Of a DNA stretch of 64,000 nt, positions 27,515-36,493 are shown piece after piece (within the stretch, counting starts at the first letter, position 1; every line of letters starts with the position of its first letter). A model generated the notes under the pieces. That model searched no databases, was not told the DNA's origin, and worked only from the letters and a program-made list of their open reading frames with translations. A program made the translations under genes and the position numbers. The stretch is from an uncultured Desulfospira sp. (GTDB taxonomy: Bacteria > Desulfobacterota > Desulfobacteria > Desulfobacterales > Desulfobacteraceae), in assembly GCA_963663165.1 (NCBI GenBank), contig OY760175.1:5728001-5792000 (forward strand). The letters are read 5' to 3'.

Positions 27515-30500
27515 ATGAAAGACAGTGTTGGTCGGGTGCTGGTGGCCGGGGCCGGGGTGAGCGGGATTCGCTCGGCCCTGGATCTGGCCCGGATGGGTGT
27601 TCAGGTCCTGCTCATTGACAGGGCTGATCACACGGGGGGGCTGCTCAGCCAGCTGGATACCCAGTTCCCGTCCCAGGGGTGCGGGTTCTGCCGGGGGCTG
27701 CCCATGGTGGACCGGGACCGGTCTTCCCAAAGCTGTCTGAGAAAGGGGTTTGCCCATGATAACATAGAAATCCTTTTGTCCACCCAGATCATGTCCATTG
27801 AAGGCGAGGCCGGGAATTTTACCGTGACCCTGAAGCAGGGGCCGGCCATGATTGACCCGGAGCGGTGTATTGGGTGCGGTCAGTGCGAACCGGTCTGTCC
27901 CGTGGAAACAAAGGATTTCTTCAATGCCGGGATGACCCGGAAAAAAGCCGTGTACCTGCCCGTTCCCCAGTCCTTTTCCAATGCCTGGACCATTGATTCC
28001 ACGGCCTGTACCCGGTGCGGGGAGTGTGTGAAGGTCTGCCCGGTGGACGCCATCCGCCTCACGGGGCAGGACCGGGAAAGATTTAAGGTGCTGGTGGTTG
28101 ATGATGAGGCCATTGTCCGGGAGTCCACCCGGGAGTGGCTCAAGGAAGAGGGGTTTTTCACGGCCGCGGCGGATTCCGGGCAAAAGGCCCTGGAACTGCT
28201 GGCGGAAGGGGCGGAAAAGGAACAGCCCTTCAGCATGATGCTCACGGATATCAAGATGCCGGGCATGGACGGGGTGGAGTTGCTCACCCGGGCCAAAGAG
28301 ATCAGCCCGGATCTTACCGTGATCATGATGACCGCTTATGCAGCCGTGGATTCAGCTGTGGACGCCATGAAACTCGGGGCTATGGATTACCTGACCAAGC
28401 CCTTTGACCCGGATGTGCTGGTGGCCATGACCCTTGAGGTGTTCCAGGAATATGAAATGGCCAAGGCCCGTTCGGAAACCGTGGACGCCGTTATTCTTTC
28501 CGCCGGAGCCCGGCTGTTTGAACCGGAACGGACAAAGAATGCCTACGGATATGGGAGCCTTCCCGGTGTGGTCACCAGCCTGGAACTTGAACGGATGCTC
28601 AGCCCGGCCGGTCCGGCCGGCATGGATTTCCTTCACCCGGCCCGGGAAAGGCCGTTGGAGAAAATCGCCTGGTTCCAGTGCGTGGGGTCCCGGGATGTCC
28701 AGGATCAGGCCCCGTTCTGTTCTTCGGCCTGCTGCATGATTTCCATTAAACAGGCTGTCCTGGTCCAGAAACAGGCCAGGAAATCCGGCCGAAAGGTGGA
28801 GACCGTGATTTTTTACATGGACATGCGGACCATGGGCAAACCCTTTGAGCAATACCGGCAGCAGGCCCGGGACGAGTATGGGGTGAGGTTTGTCCGGGCC
28901 AGGATCCATTCCCTTGGAGAGACGGCAGATTCTGAACACCGGCGTCTGATGGCCCGGTATACCGATGATGGGGGCGCTCTTCATGAGGAGGGGTTTGACC
29001 TGGTGGCCCTGGCCGTGGGCACCCGGCCCGGCCGGCAGATGGAGGAGATTTCCAGGGCCAACCAGATTCAGATGAACGCTTTTGGCTTTGTTGAGCCCCA
29101 GGCCTTTTCCCTGGTTCAAACTTCCCGGGAGGGCATTTTTGCCGCCGGCACGGTCACCGGGTTTAATGATATTTCCGACAGCGTTGTGTCGGCATCGGCA
29201 GCGGCCATGGCAGCGGCCAAGGCGTTATCGGCCAACGGCACCCCCCTTTGGAAGCCGCTGGACGACCATGGCCCGGCCCTTCTGGCATCCCTTTCAAGAC
29301 AGATTCCCCAGATCGGAATCATTCTAAGTTTCAATGAAAAAATGGATGAGCCCGGATTCAAGGCCCTTAAGGCAGACCTTGAACGAGATCCGGATGTGGT
29401 CCGGGTGGAGGCCCGGGAAGAATTTGACCTGGACCGGCTGGCTGAGTTTGTCGATAAATTTAAATGCAACCGGCTGATCATAGGGCTTTGCCGGCCCCGG
29501 GAAGGCAGCGGGCTGATGAAATCCCTTCAAAAGGCAACCCGTCTGCCGGACCGGTTTATCGAGGTACTGGACATCAGCCGCCTGGATAATGCCAGGCCCC
29601 ATACCCGTTTGTCCCGGGCACTTAAGGTCAGGGTTTCCCGGCTTAAGTTTTTCAATCCAATGCCCGTTGAAAGCCTGGCAGGCCAGGTGCCTGAACCGTC
29701 CGCCCTGGTCATCGGGGGCGGGATCGCCGGCATGACGGCCAGCCGCTGCATGGCCGATGCCGGGTTCAAGGTGGACCTGGTGGAAAAAGGCGATGCCCTG
29801 GGCGGCAACCTGCGCTGGATGGCGCAGACCCCTCTGGGCCATGATATCCAGGCCTTTCTTGAGGACCAGGTTAAAAAAGTCGAATCCCACGAAAACATTA
29901 TGGTTTATAAAAACAGCGCCGTGGAAGGGGCTGTGGCCGTTCCGGGCGGGTTCACCAGTTTCCTTTCCCGGAAAACCAGCGAACCGGATGCTCCGGACAA
30001 CTTTTCCGTGACCCATGCCGTCACCCTTCTGGCCACGGGCGGTTCCCAGGCACCGCTGCCGGAAAGCGATTTCACTGACGGCACTCCAAATGCCGTCACC
30101 TTTACCCAGGAAGAATTTCAAAAGGCATTAACGGATGGCCAAGTGGCGCCTGAAAAGCTTGACACCGTGGTCATGGTCCAGTGCTCCGGGACCAGGACCC
30201 CGGCCACCCGGAACTACTGCTCGCGCATCTGCTGTGTCCGGGCCTTGAAAACAGCCCTGGATTTAAAAGAAAAAAATCCGGATATGATGATTTTTATCCT
30301 GTACCGGGACATGATGAGCTTCGGTTTTATGGAAGATCTGTACACCCGGGCCAGAGAAAAGGGGGTGCTTTTTATCCAGTACGAACCGGACCAGCCCCCC
30401 CGGGTTGACATTTCACCTGAAGGGGTGACGGTCACGGCAAGGGACCATGTCCTCAACCGTCCCGTTCAGATCCAGAGCGATGCTGTGATCCATGCCACGG

Positions 30501-30973
30501 GCATTGAGCCGGATCTTCCCAGGGGCCTTGCCGAACTCTACGGCGCCGGCCTGGACGAATTTAACTTCTTCAAGGAGGCGGATTACAAATTCAGGCCTGT
30601 GGACAGTATGAACTACCGGGTCTTTTCCTGCGGCCTCTGTCTGAAACCCAGCACCATTGACGAAAGCATTACCCAGGCCCAGGCCGCAGCGGCCCGGGCT
30701 CTCCAGATCCTGGGCCCGGAACGGTTAAGATCCGGCCGGGTGGTGGCCCACACCCGGACGGCCACCTGCACGGTCTGTGAAATGTGCGTCAATGCCTGTC
30801 CCTACGCGGCCCGATCCGTGGACCCCATTGAAGACAAAATCGTCATTGATCCCCTGGCCTGCCAGGGATGCGGGGTCTGCGCCGCGGTCTGTCCCAGTGA
30901 TTCGGCCATCCTGGAAGGCTTTACCGCCCAGCACATGTTCGACACCATAGACCAGATGATAATGGACCATTAA
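27515..30973 (+). CDS. hdrA: Tandem (two-FAD-module) HdrA-like protein with an internal response-regulator receiver domain
   Basis: GAGVSG and GGGIAG FAD motifs, CVGSRD/CSSACC and CSGTR/CSRICC clusters, ferredoxins; REC VLVVDDE...TDIKMP...MTAY...LTKPF at about 28082-28440. Confidence 0.88.
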   Translation: MKDSVGRVLVAGAGVSGIRSALDLARMGVQVLLIDRADHTGGLLSQLDTQFPSQGCGFCRGLPMVDRDRSSQSCLRKGFAHDNIEILLSTQIMSIEGEAGNFTVTLKQGPAMIDPERCIGCGQCEPVCPVETKDFFNAGMTRKKAVYLPVPQSFSNAWTIDSTACTRCGECVKVCPVDAIRLTGQDRERFKVLVVDDEAIVRESTREWLKEEGFFTAAADSGQKALELLAEGAEKEQPFSMMLTDIKMPGMDGVELLTRAKEISPDLTVIMMTAYAAVDSAVDAMKLGAMDYLTKPFDPDVLVAMTLEVFQEYEMAKARSETVDAVILSAGARLFEPERTKNAYGYGSLPGVVTSLELERMLSPAGPAGMDFLHPARERPLEKIAWFQCVGSRDVQDQAPFCSSACCMISIKQAVLVQKQARKSGRKVETVIFYMDMRTMGKPFEQYRQQARDEYGVRFVRARIHSLGETADSEHRRLMARYTDDGGALHEEGFDLVALAVGTRPGRQMEEISRANQIQMNAFGFVEPQAFSLVQTSREGIFAAGTVTGFNDISDSVVSASAAAMAAAKALSANGTPLWKPLDDHGPALLASLSRQIPQIGIILSFNEKMDEPGFKALKADLERDPDVVRVEAREEFDLDRLAEFVDKFKCNRLIIGLCRPREGSGLMKSLQKATRLPDRFIEVLDISRLDNARPHTRLSRALKVRVSRLKFFNPMPVESLAGQVPEPSALVIGGGIAGMTASRCMADAGFKVDLVEKGDALGGNLRWMAQTPLGHDIQAFLEDQVKKVESHENIMVYKNSAVEGAVAVPGGFTSFLSRKTSEPDAPDNFSVTHAVTLLATGGSQAPLPESDFTDGTPNAVTFTQEEFQKALTDGQVAPEKLDTVVMVQCSGTRTPATRNYCSRICCVRALKTALDLKEKNPDMMIFILYRDMMSFGFMEDLYTRAREKGVLFIQYEPDQPPRVDISPEGVTVTARDHVLNRPVQIQSDAVIHATGIEPDLPRGLAELYGAGLDEFNFFKEADYKFRPVDSMNYRVFSCGLCLKPSTIDESITQAQAAAARALQILGPERLRSGRVVAHTRTATCTVCEMCVNACPYAARSVDPIEDKIVIDPLACQGCGVCAAVCPSDSAILEGFTAQHMFDTIDQMIMDH

Positions 30974-30983
30974 GGAGGTCTCC

Positions 30984-31064
30984 ATGAAAACAATTTTAAA
31001 CGCCGGCACTGCCATTTTCATCCTTTATCCTTCATCCTTCATCCTTTTTGACCGGGGGGTGTGA
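30984..31064 (+). CDS. Putative 26-aa coupling peptide MKTILNAGTAIFILYPSSFILFDRGV
   Basis: AAGGAGG RBS right after the hdrA stop; its stop overlaps the hdrC ATG (TGATG). Confidence 0.4.
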   Translation: MKTILNAGTAIFILYPSSFILFDRGV

Positions 31065-31606
31065 TGACCCAGACAACCAAAGCACCGCCAAAGGAGGTCA
31101 TAAAGGTAAAGGAAATGCTCAAGACCTGCATCCAGTGCGGCACCTGCACCGGGTCCTGCCCCAATGCGCCATTCATGGACTTGACCCCCCGGAAAATGTG
31201 GCGCATGGTCCTGATGGACCGCCTGGACCAGTTGTTTTCAAGCAAGACCTTTATTTTGTGTTCGTCCTGTTACTACTGTACCCTGCGCTGCCCCCGGGGC
31301 CTTGAGCTGACAACGGCCATGGGGTTGTTAAAGCAGGCGTCCTCCAGAATGGATATAAAGGGGGCAAACCGGACAAGGCAATTTTACAAGGCCTTCATGG
31401 ACAGTGTGGAAAAGCACGGCAGGGTCAGGGAAACCGAGTTTATGACCCATTATTTCATGGCCATGAAAAATCCGTTGCTGCCCCTGGAATTTACACCGTT
31501 AGGGCTCAAGCTCATGGCCAAGGGGAAAATGCATTTTCAATCCCCCTTTGCCACGGGAAACAAGCTGTCCAAACTGTTTCAAAAAATCCGGGAACTGGAG
31601 GGCTGA
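31061..31606 (+). CDS. hdrC: Heterodisulfide reductase subunit C-like
   Basis: CIQCGTCTGSCP and CSSCYYCTLRCP. Confidence 0.88.
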   Translation: MMTQTTKAPPKEVIKVKEMLKTCIQCGTCTGSCPNAPFMDLTPRKMWRMVLMDRLDQLFSSKTFILCSSCYYCTLRCPRGLELTTAMGLLKQASSRMDIKGANRTRQFYKAFMDSVEKHGRVRETEFMTHYFMAMKNPLLPLEFTPLGLKLMAKGKMHFQSPFATGNKLSKLFQKIRELEG

Positions 31607-31607
31607 T

Positions 31608-32480
31608 ATGGATTACCTTTACTATCCGGGCTGTTCCCTTGAGGGTACGTCGGTTGAATACGATACGGCCACCCGGGTTTTCATGGACTGGGCCGGGGCA
31701 AATCTGACGGAGATAGAGGACTGGACCTGCTGCGGGGCCAGTGCCGCAGAATCAAGGTCTTACCTGCTGTCCCATGTCCTGCCGGCCAGAAACCTGGCCC
31801 TTGCGGAGACCCAGGATGAAACAAACCAGATCCTGGTGCCCTGCAGTGCCTGTTATCTGAACTTGAAAAAAACCGAGCAGGCCGTTAAAAAGGATAAGGC
31901 GTTTTTAGATCAAATTAATCAGGTCCTGGCAGAGGATGGCCTAACCTATCATGGAAGGGTTAAGGTCCGGCACCTGCTGGACGTGCTGTCCCGGGACGTG
32001 GACCCCGGCCGGATTCGCGAACAGGCCGGGAACCGGATGGAAGGTCTTTTGGCCGCCCCTTATTACGGATGCCAGTGCCTGCGCCCATTTGCCGTGTTTG
32101 ACGATCCTGAAGCGCCTTCTTCCATGACCCCGTTGATCCGGGCCACCGGGGCCACGGTGTTTGAATGGGATATGGGGGCCCAGTGCTGCGGGGCTTCCCA
32201 TACCAGCACCAAGCCCGATGCCGGGCTGGCCCTGGTGGAAAAGATCCTGGCCGCAGCCAAAGGCGCGGATCTGATTTTAACGGTCTGCCCCATGTGCCAG
32301 ATGAACCTGGAAGGCTTTCAACAAAAGATCTCCCGGGGCCGGGGGCTTGAAATCCCGGTGCTGTACCTGCCCCAGTTTCTGGGGCTTGCCCTGGGAAAAA
32401 CGGCCGATGAAGTGGGACTGAATTTGAATTTGTCGAATGTGGATAGGCTGAAGGGGATTAGGCTGAAGACTGAAGGCTGA
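31608..32480 (+). CDS. hdrB: Heterodisulfide reductase subunit B-like
   Basis: YYPGCS, WTCCGA, PCSAC, YYGCQ, CCGA, CPMCQMNL (two CCG domains). Confidence 0.92.
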   Translation: MDYLYYPGCSLEGTSVEYDTATRVFMDWAGANLTEIEDWTCCGASAAESRSYLLSHVLPARNLALAETQDETNQILVPCSACYLNLKKTEQAVKKDKAFLDQINQVLAEDGLTYHGRVKVRHLLDVLSRDVDPGRIREQAGNRMEGLLAAPYYGCQCLRPFAVFDDPEAPSSMTPLIRATGATVFEWDMGAQCCGASHTSTKPDAGLALVEKILAAAKGADLILTVCPMCQMNLEGFQQKISRGRGLEIPVLYLPQFLGLALGKTADEVGLNLNLSNVDRLKGIRLKTEG

Positions 32481-32551
32481 AGGTAAAAAGGACGAAGGAT
32501 GTAGGTCCCCAAGGCTTGTACACTTCAGCCTAAATTCCTATACGGAGTGAC

Positions 32552-34864
32552 ATGACCAAACTTTTTTCATACCTGCGCCACAGCCTGGTGTCCAAGCTGA
32601 TTTTTTCAGTGGGGCTGACCGTTGTGCTGTCCATTTCCGCCTGGGCTTATTTTAATATCAACAATATCAGAACCCAGATCATGAAAAATGTGATCGCCTC
32701 CACGGACCGGCTCACCAACTCCATTAAGCTGGGCACCCACTATGCCATGATGCTCAACTCCAGGGACGACATCAACCAGATTATCAACAACATCGCCACC
32801 CAGCCTGAGATCGAGACCATCCGGATTTACAACAAAGACGGCCAGATCAAATTCACCAACAAAGCCGAAGAAATCGACCGGGTGGTGGATATCAAGGAGG
32901 TGGCCTGTGACATCTGCCACAAACAGGACCCGCCGCCGGCCGTGATCGGCCGGGCCCAGCGGACCCGGTTCTTTTCTTCTGAAGACGGGACAAGGCTTTT
33001 GGGGGTGGTCCAGCCCATCGGCAACGAGCCGGGCTGTGCCGAATCCTGCCATTTCCACCCCAAAGGCCAGAAGATCCTGGGCTCTTTGGACGTGGTGGTT
33101 TCTTTGAGCGAAATTGACGCCCAGATCCTGGACATTGAAAAGGGGATACTTGAACTGGCGGTATTTACCATTCTCATCACTTCGGTGATCATATTTTTAT
33201 CCATCATGCAGTTTGTGAAAAAACCCATTATCACCCTGATTGACGGCACCCGTAAAATTGCCCAGGGCCAGTATGACCAGCAGATAGACATTGGCCAGGA
33301 TGTGGAGCTCGGGCTTCTTGGCCATGCCATCAAGACCATGGGAAACCAGATCGGCTTAAACCAGGCCGAGTTGAAAAAGCAGAAAAACGAGTACCAGCAG
33401 CTGTTTGAAACCGCCCCGTGCATGATCACGGTCCAGGACCGGGAGTATCGCCTGATCCGGTGGAACCGGGTGTTCCAGGAACGGTTTGACCCGGAACCCG
33501 GGTCCCACTGCTACCGGATTTATAAAGGCTTAGAGGAAAAATGCCGGGACTGCCCCATTGACAAGACCTTTGAAGACGGGAAATCCCACTACGGGGAGGC
33601 CGAAGGCGTGGGAAAAGACGGGGAAAAAACCCACTGGATATTCATTACCTCTCCCATCCGGGATGCAGACGGTAATATCACGGCCGCCATTGAGATGAGC
33701 CTGGACATTACCCAGAGAAAACGCCTGGAAAAGGAGCTGCAGCGATCTGAAGAAAAATACCATGCCATTTTCAACAATATTTCCAATCCCGTGTTTGTGG
33801 TCAGCCAGCAAAGTTTTCATATTCTGGACTGCAATGCCAAGGCCGTGGAAGATTACCGGCAGCCCCGGGACAAGCTCTTAGGGAAAAATTTTGGTGAATT
33901 TTTTCTGGCCGGGGAACGCGAAGCACTGGTTCAAAAGATGGCCACATGCCGGGAGATCAACAAGGTAAGACACCAGGTCACGGACAACGTCTTTATTTTT
34001 GTGGACATGTGGGTCTCCCCGTCGGTTTATTCGGGCCGGCAGGTGCTTTTAGTGACCATCAACGACATTACAAAGCGCCTTGAAACCGAACAGCACCTCA
34101 TGCATGCCAGCAAAATGGCGACGTTAGGGGAAATGTCCACAGGCATTGCCCACGAGCTGAACCAGCCCCTGTCCGTGATCAAGTCGGCCTCATCCTTTTG
34201 CATGAAAAAGATGCGGCAAAATGAAATGATCCCAAAAGAGACCTTTGACAAGCTGATCACCAAGATGGATGCCAACGTGGACCGGGCCGAAAAAATTATC
34301 CATCATATGCGCGAGTTTGCCAGAAAATCCGAGATCCGTCTGGTCAGAACCAATATCAATTCGGTGCTTGGGCGGACTTTTGAGATGTTCAACCAGCAGC
34401 TCAAGATCCGGGGCATTGACGTGATCTGGGACAAGGACGACACCCTGCCGGATATCTTAGGGGACCCGGACCGGCTCGAACAGGTGTTTATCAACCTGAT
34501 CATCAATGCCCGGGACGCCATTGAAGAAAAATGGGAAAAACAGGACGGCTCCCAAAAGGAACCGGACAAGATTACCATTGTCACTGAAGAAAAAGATGGG
34601 TTTCTCCATGTCCATATCCAGGACACGGGAATCGGCATTCAAACGGATCTTTCCGACAAGGTGTTTGAACCTTTTTTTACCACCAAGGAGGTGGGCAAGG
34701 GAACCGGCCTGGGCCTGTCCATTTCCTACGGGATTATCAAAGACTGTTCCGGGACCATCCGGATCAAGCCGGCTGAAAAGGCAGGAGCCGTGGTCTGTAT
34801 TTCTTTTCCGGTGCCTGACGTGATTGAAGATGAACTGGTGATTGAAAGGGAGGGAAACTCATGA
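32552..34864 (+). CDS. Membrane sensor histidine kinase (periplasmic CxxCH-type motifs, HAMP, 2 PAS)
   Basis: Two TM; CDICH and CAESCH; PAS with CYRIYKGLEEKCRDCP; IAHELNQPL; GTGLGL. Confidence 0.9.
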   Translation: MTKLFSYLRHSLVSKLIFSVGLTVVLSISAWAYFNINNIRTQIMKNVIASTDRLTNSIKLGTHYAMMLNSRDDINQIINNIATQPEIETIRIYNKDGQIKFTNKAEEIDRVVDIKEVACDICHKQDPPPAVIGRAQRTRFFSSEDGTRLLGVVQPIGNEPGCAESCHFHPKGQKILGSLDVVVSLSEIDAQILDIEKGILELAVFTILITSVIIFLSIMQFVKKPIITLIDGTRKIAQGQYDQQIDIGQDVELGLLGHAIKTMGNQIGLNQAELKKQKNEYQQLFETAPCMITVQDREYRLIRWNRVFQERFDPEPGSHCYRIYKGLEEKCRDCPIDKTFEDGKSHYGEAEGVGKDGEKTHWIFITSPIRDADGNITAAIEMSLDITQRKRLEKELQRSEEKYHAIFNNISNPVFVVSQQSFHILDCNAKAVEDYRQPRDKLLGKNFGEFFLAGEREALVQKMATCREINKVRHQVTDNVFIFVDMWVSPSVYSGRQVLLVTINDITKRLETEQHLMHASKMATLGEMSTGIAHELNQPLSVIKSASSFCMKKMRQNEMIPKETFDKLITKMDANVDRAEKIIHHMREFARKSEIRLVRTNINSVLGRTFEMFNQQLKIRGIDVIWDKDDTLPDILGDPDRLEQVFINLIINARDAIEEKWEKQDGSQKEPDKITIVTEEKDGFLHVHIQDTGIGIQTDLSDKVFEPFFTTKEVGKGTGLGLSISYGIIKDCSGTIRIKPAEKAGAVVCISFPVPDVIEDELVIEREGNS

Positions 34865-35985
34865 TTGAACGGCCGGATATTTCCATTCTTATCGTGGATG
34901 ACGAGGAGGATATCCGGGATGTCCTTGAAATCGCCCTCCTGGACTTAGGGTATAAGGTGTTCACGGCAGATAACGGGCAATCCGCCTTTGACGTGTTTAA
35001 AGATGCCCCCACCAATGTGGTGATCACGGACATTAAAATGCCGGTTATGGACGGGATCCAGTTGCTGCGAAAAGTCAAGGACCATACCCCGGATACGGAA
35101 GTGATCATGATTACCGGTCACGGGGACATGGATTTGAGCATTGCCAGTCTTAAAAACCATGCCGCCGATTTTATCACCAAGCCGGTGAATGTGGATGTGC
35201 TGGAGATTTCCGTGGCCAAGGCCGTGGAAAAGATCACGGCCAAAAGACAGCTGGCCGAGTATACCCAGAGGCTTGAAGAACTGATCATGGAAAAGACGGA
35301 CCTGGCCTCCCACCTGTCTTCTCTGGGGCTGATGATGGGGACCGTTTCCCACAACATCAAAGGCCTTTTGACCAACCTGGACGGCGGCATTTACCTGACC
35401 CGGTCCGGCATGAAAAAACAGGATACCGCCAGCATGGAAGACGGGCTTGCCATGTTGTCCCAGGCCGTGGACCGGATCAAGAAAATGGTCATGGATGTCC
35501 TGCTTTACTCCAAGGAACGGAAACTGGAGATTGTCCCGGTGCCCACCCGGGAATTTGCCTTACAGGTCCAAAAGACCATGGCGCCCAAGCTCAAATCAAC
35601 CGACATTTTATTTAAGTGCCAGGATGCCCTGGCCCCTGAAACCATTCCCATGGACCGGGAATTCATGCTGGCCGCCCTGATCAATATCCTGGACAACGCC
35701 GTGGACGCCTGTTTAAGCGATAAGGCCAAAACCGATCACGAAATCCGGTGCGACATCGAAAAAAAGGACCGCCAGGCCATGATCCGGATCACGGACAACG
35801 GCTGCGGCATGGACCCCGCCATCAAGGAAAAGATTTTTGATTTGTTTTTTTCTTCTAAAGGCACCCAAGGCACGGGGTTTGGCCTGTACATCTCCAACTC
35901 GGTCATCAAGCAGCACGGCGGCACCATCAGCGTTATGTCAGTTAAGGGCAAGGAGACGGTGTTTACGATTGTGCTGCCGTGTTAG
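34861..35985 (+). CDS. Hybrid histidine kinase (REC-HisKA-HATPase)
   Basis: ILIVDDE...TDIKMP...TKP; VSHNIKG H-box; DNGCG, GTGFGL. Confidence 0.9.
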   Translation: MIERPDISILIVDDEEDIRDVLEIALLDLGYKVFTADNGQSAFDVFKDAPTNVVITDIKMPVMDGIQLLRKVKDHTPDTEVIMITGHGDMDLSIASLKNHAADFITKPVNVDVLEISVAKAVEKITAKRQLAEYTQRLEELIMEKTDLASHLSSLGLMMGTVSHNIKGLLTNLDGGIYLTRSGMKKQDTASMEDGLAMLSQAVDRIKKMVMDVLLYSKERKLEIVPVPTREFALQVQKTMAPKLKSTDILFKCQDALAPETIPMDREFMLAALINILDNAVDACLSDKAKTDHEIRCDIEKKDRQAMIRITDNGCGMDPAIKEKIFDLFFSSKGTQGTGFGLYISNSVIKQHGGTISVMSVKGKETVFTIVLPC

Positions 35986-36080
35986 GGCGGGTGGGAAAGT
36001 GAGCAGGTGGGAAAGTGGGCCGGTGGGAAAGTGGGCCGGTGAGAAAGTGAGCAGGTGGGAAAGGGAGACGGTGAGCCGGG
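35986..36080. repeat. Octamer tandem repeat block
   Basis: GTGGGAAA/GTGAGCAG/GTGGGCCG units. Confidence 0.8.
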
Positions 36081-36116
36081 GATTCGGATCTCCGTTTTTT
36101 TTTCATGAAATTTATT

Positions 36117-36410
36117 TTATCCGGATTCCAATTGTCTGTAATGGGCTTTGAGTTCGCGGACATCCATGGGAACCGTAAATATTTTAACGCCTATGAAACC
36201 GGCCTTTAGATCAAATGTATACAGATTTCCCTCCCGGAGGATAACAAGGCTTGCCGATGGTTTGGAGTTGTCTTTTTTTAACCTGGGAGATGAGATTTCT
36301 GGCATGAATAATCCGGTGGCCGTTGTAGGCAATGATGATGTCCTCGGGTTCCAGCCCGGCTTGCTCGGCCTGGGTCAACCGGTCCCGGTCAAAGGTCAAC
36401 ACACAGTGGG
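36117..36410 (-). pseudogene. Frameshifted PDZ-domain fragment
   Basis: AEQAGLEPEDIIIAYNG...LISQVKK in one frame continues as DNSKPSASLVILREG...IGVKI in another, switching at an A-run near 36273-36279. Confidence 0.6.
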
Positions 36411-36423
36411 GATCAAGGCATGA

Positions 36424-36465
36424 AAATCCTGCTCCAGAGGATAAATTCGAGAAGGAGCAGGATTT
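36424..36465 (-). terminator. Hairpin downstream of the PKD gene
   Basis: AAATCCTGCTCC/GGAGCAGGATTT 12-bp inverted repeat. Confidence 0.45.
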
Positions 36466-36493
36466 AAGCGCAGTAAAGGATCAATTCATTTTT

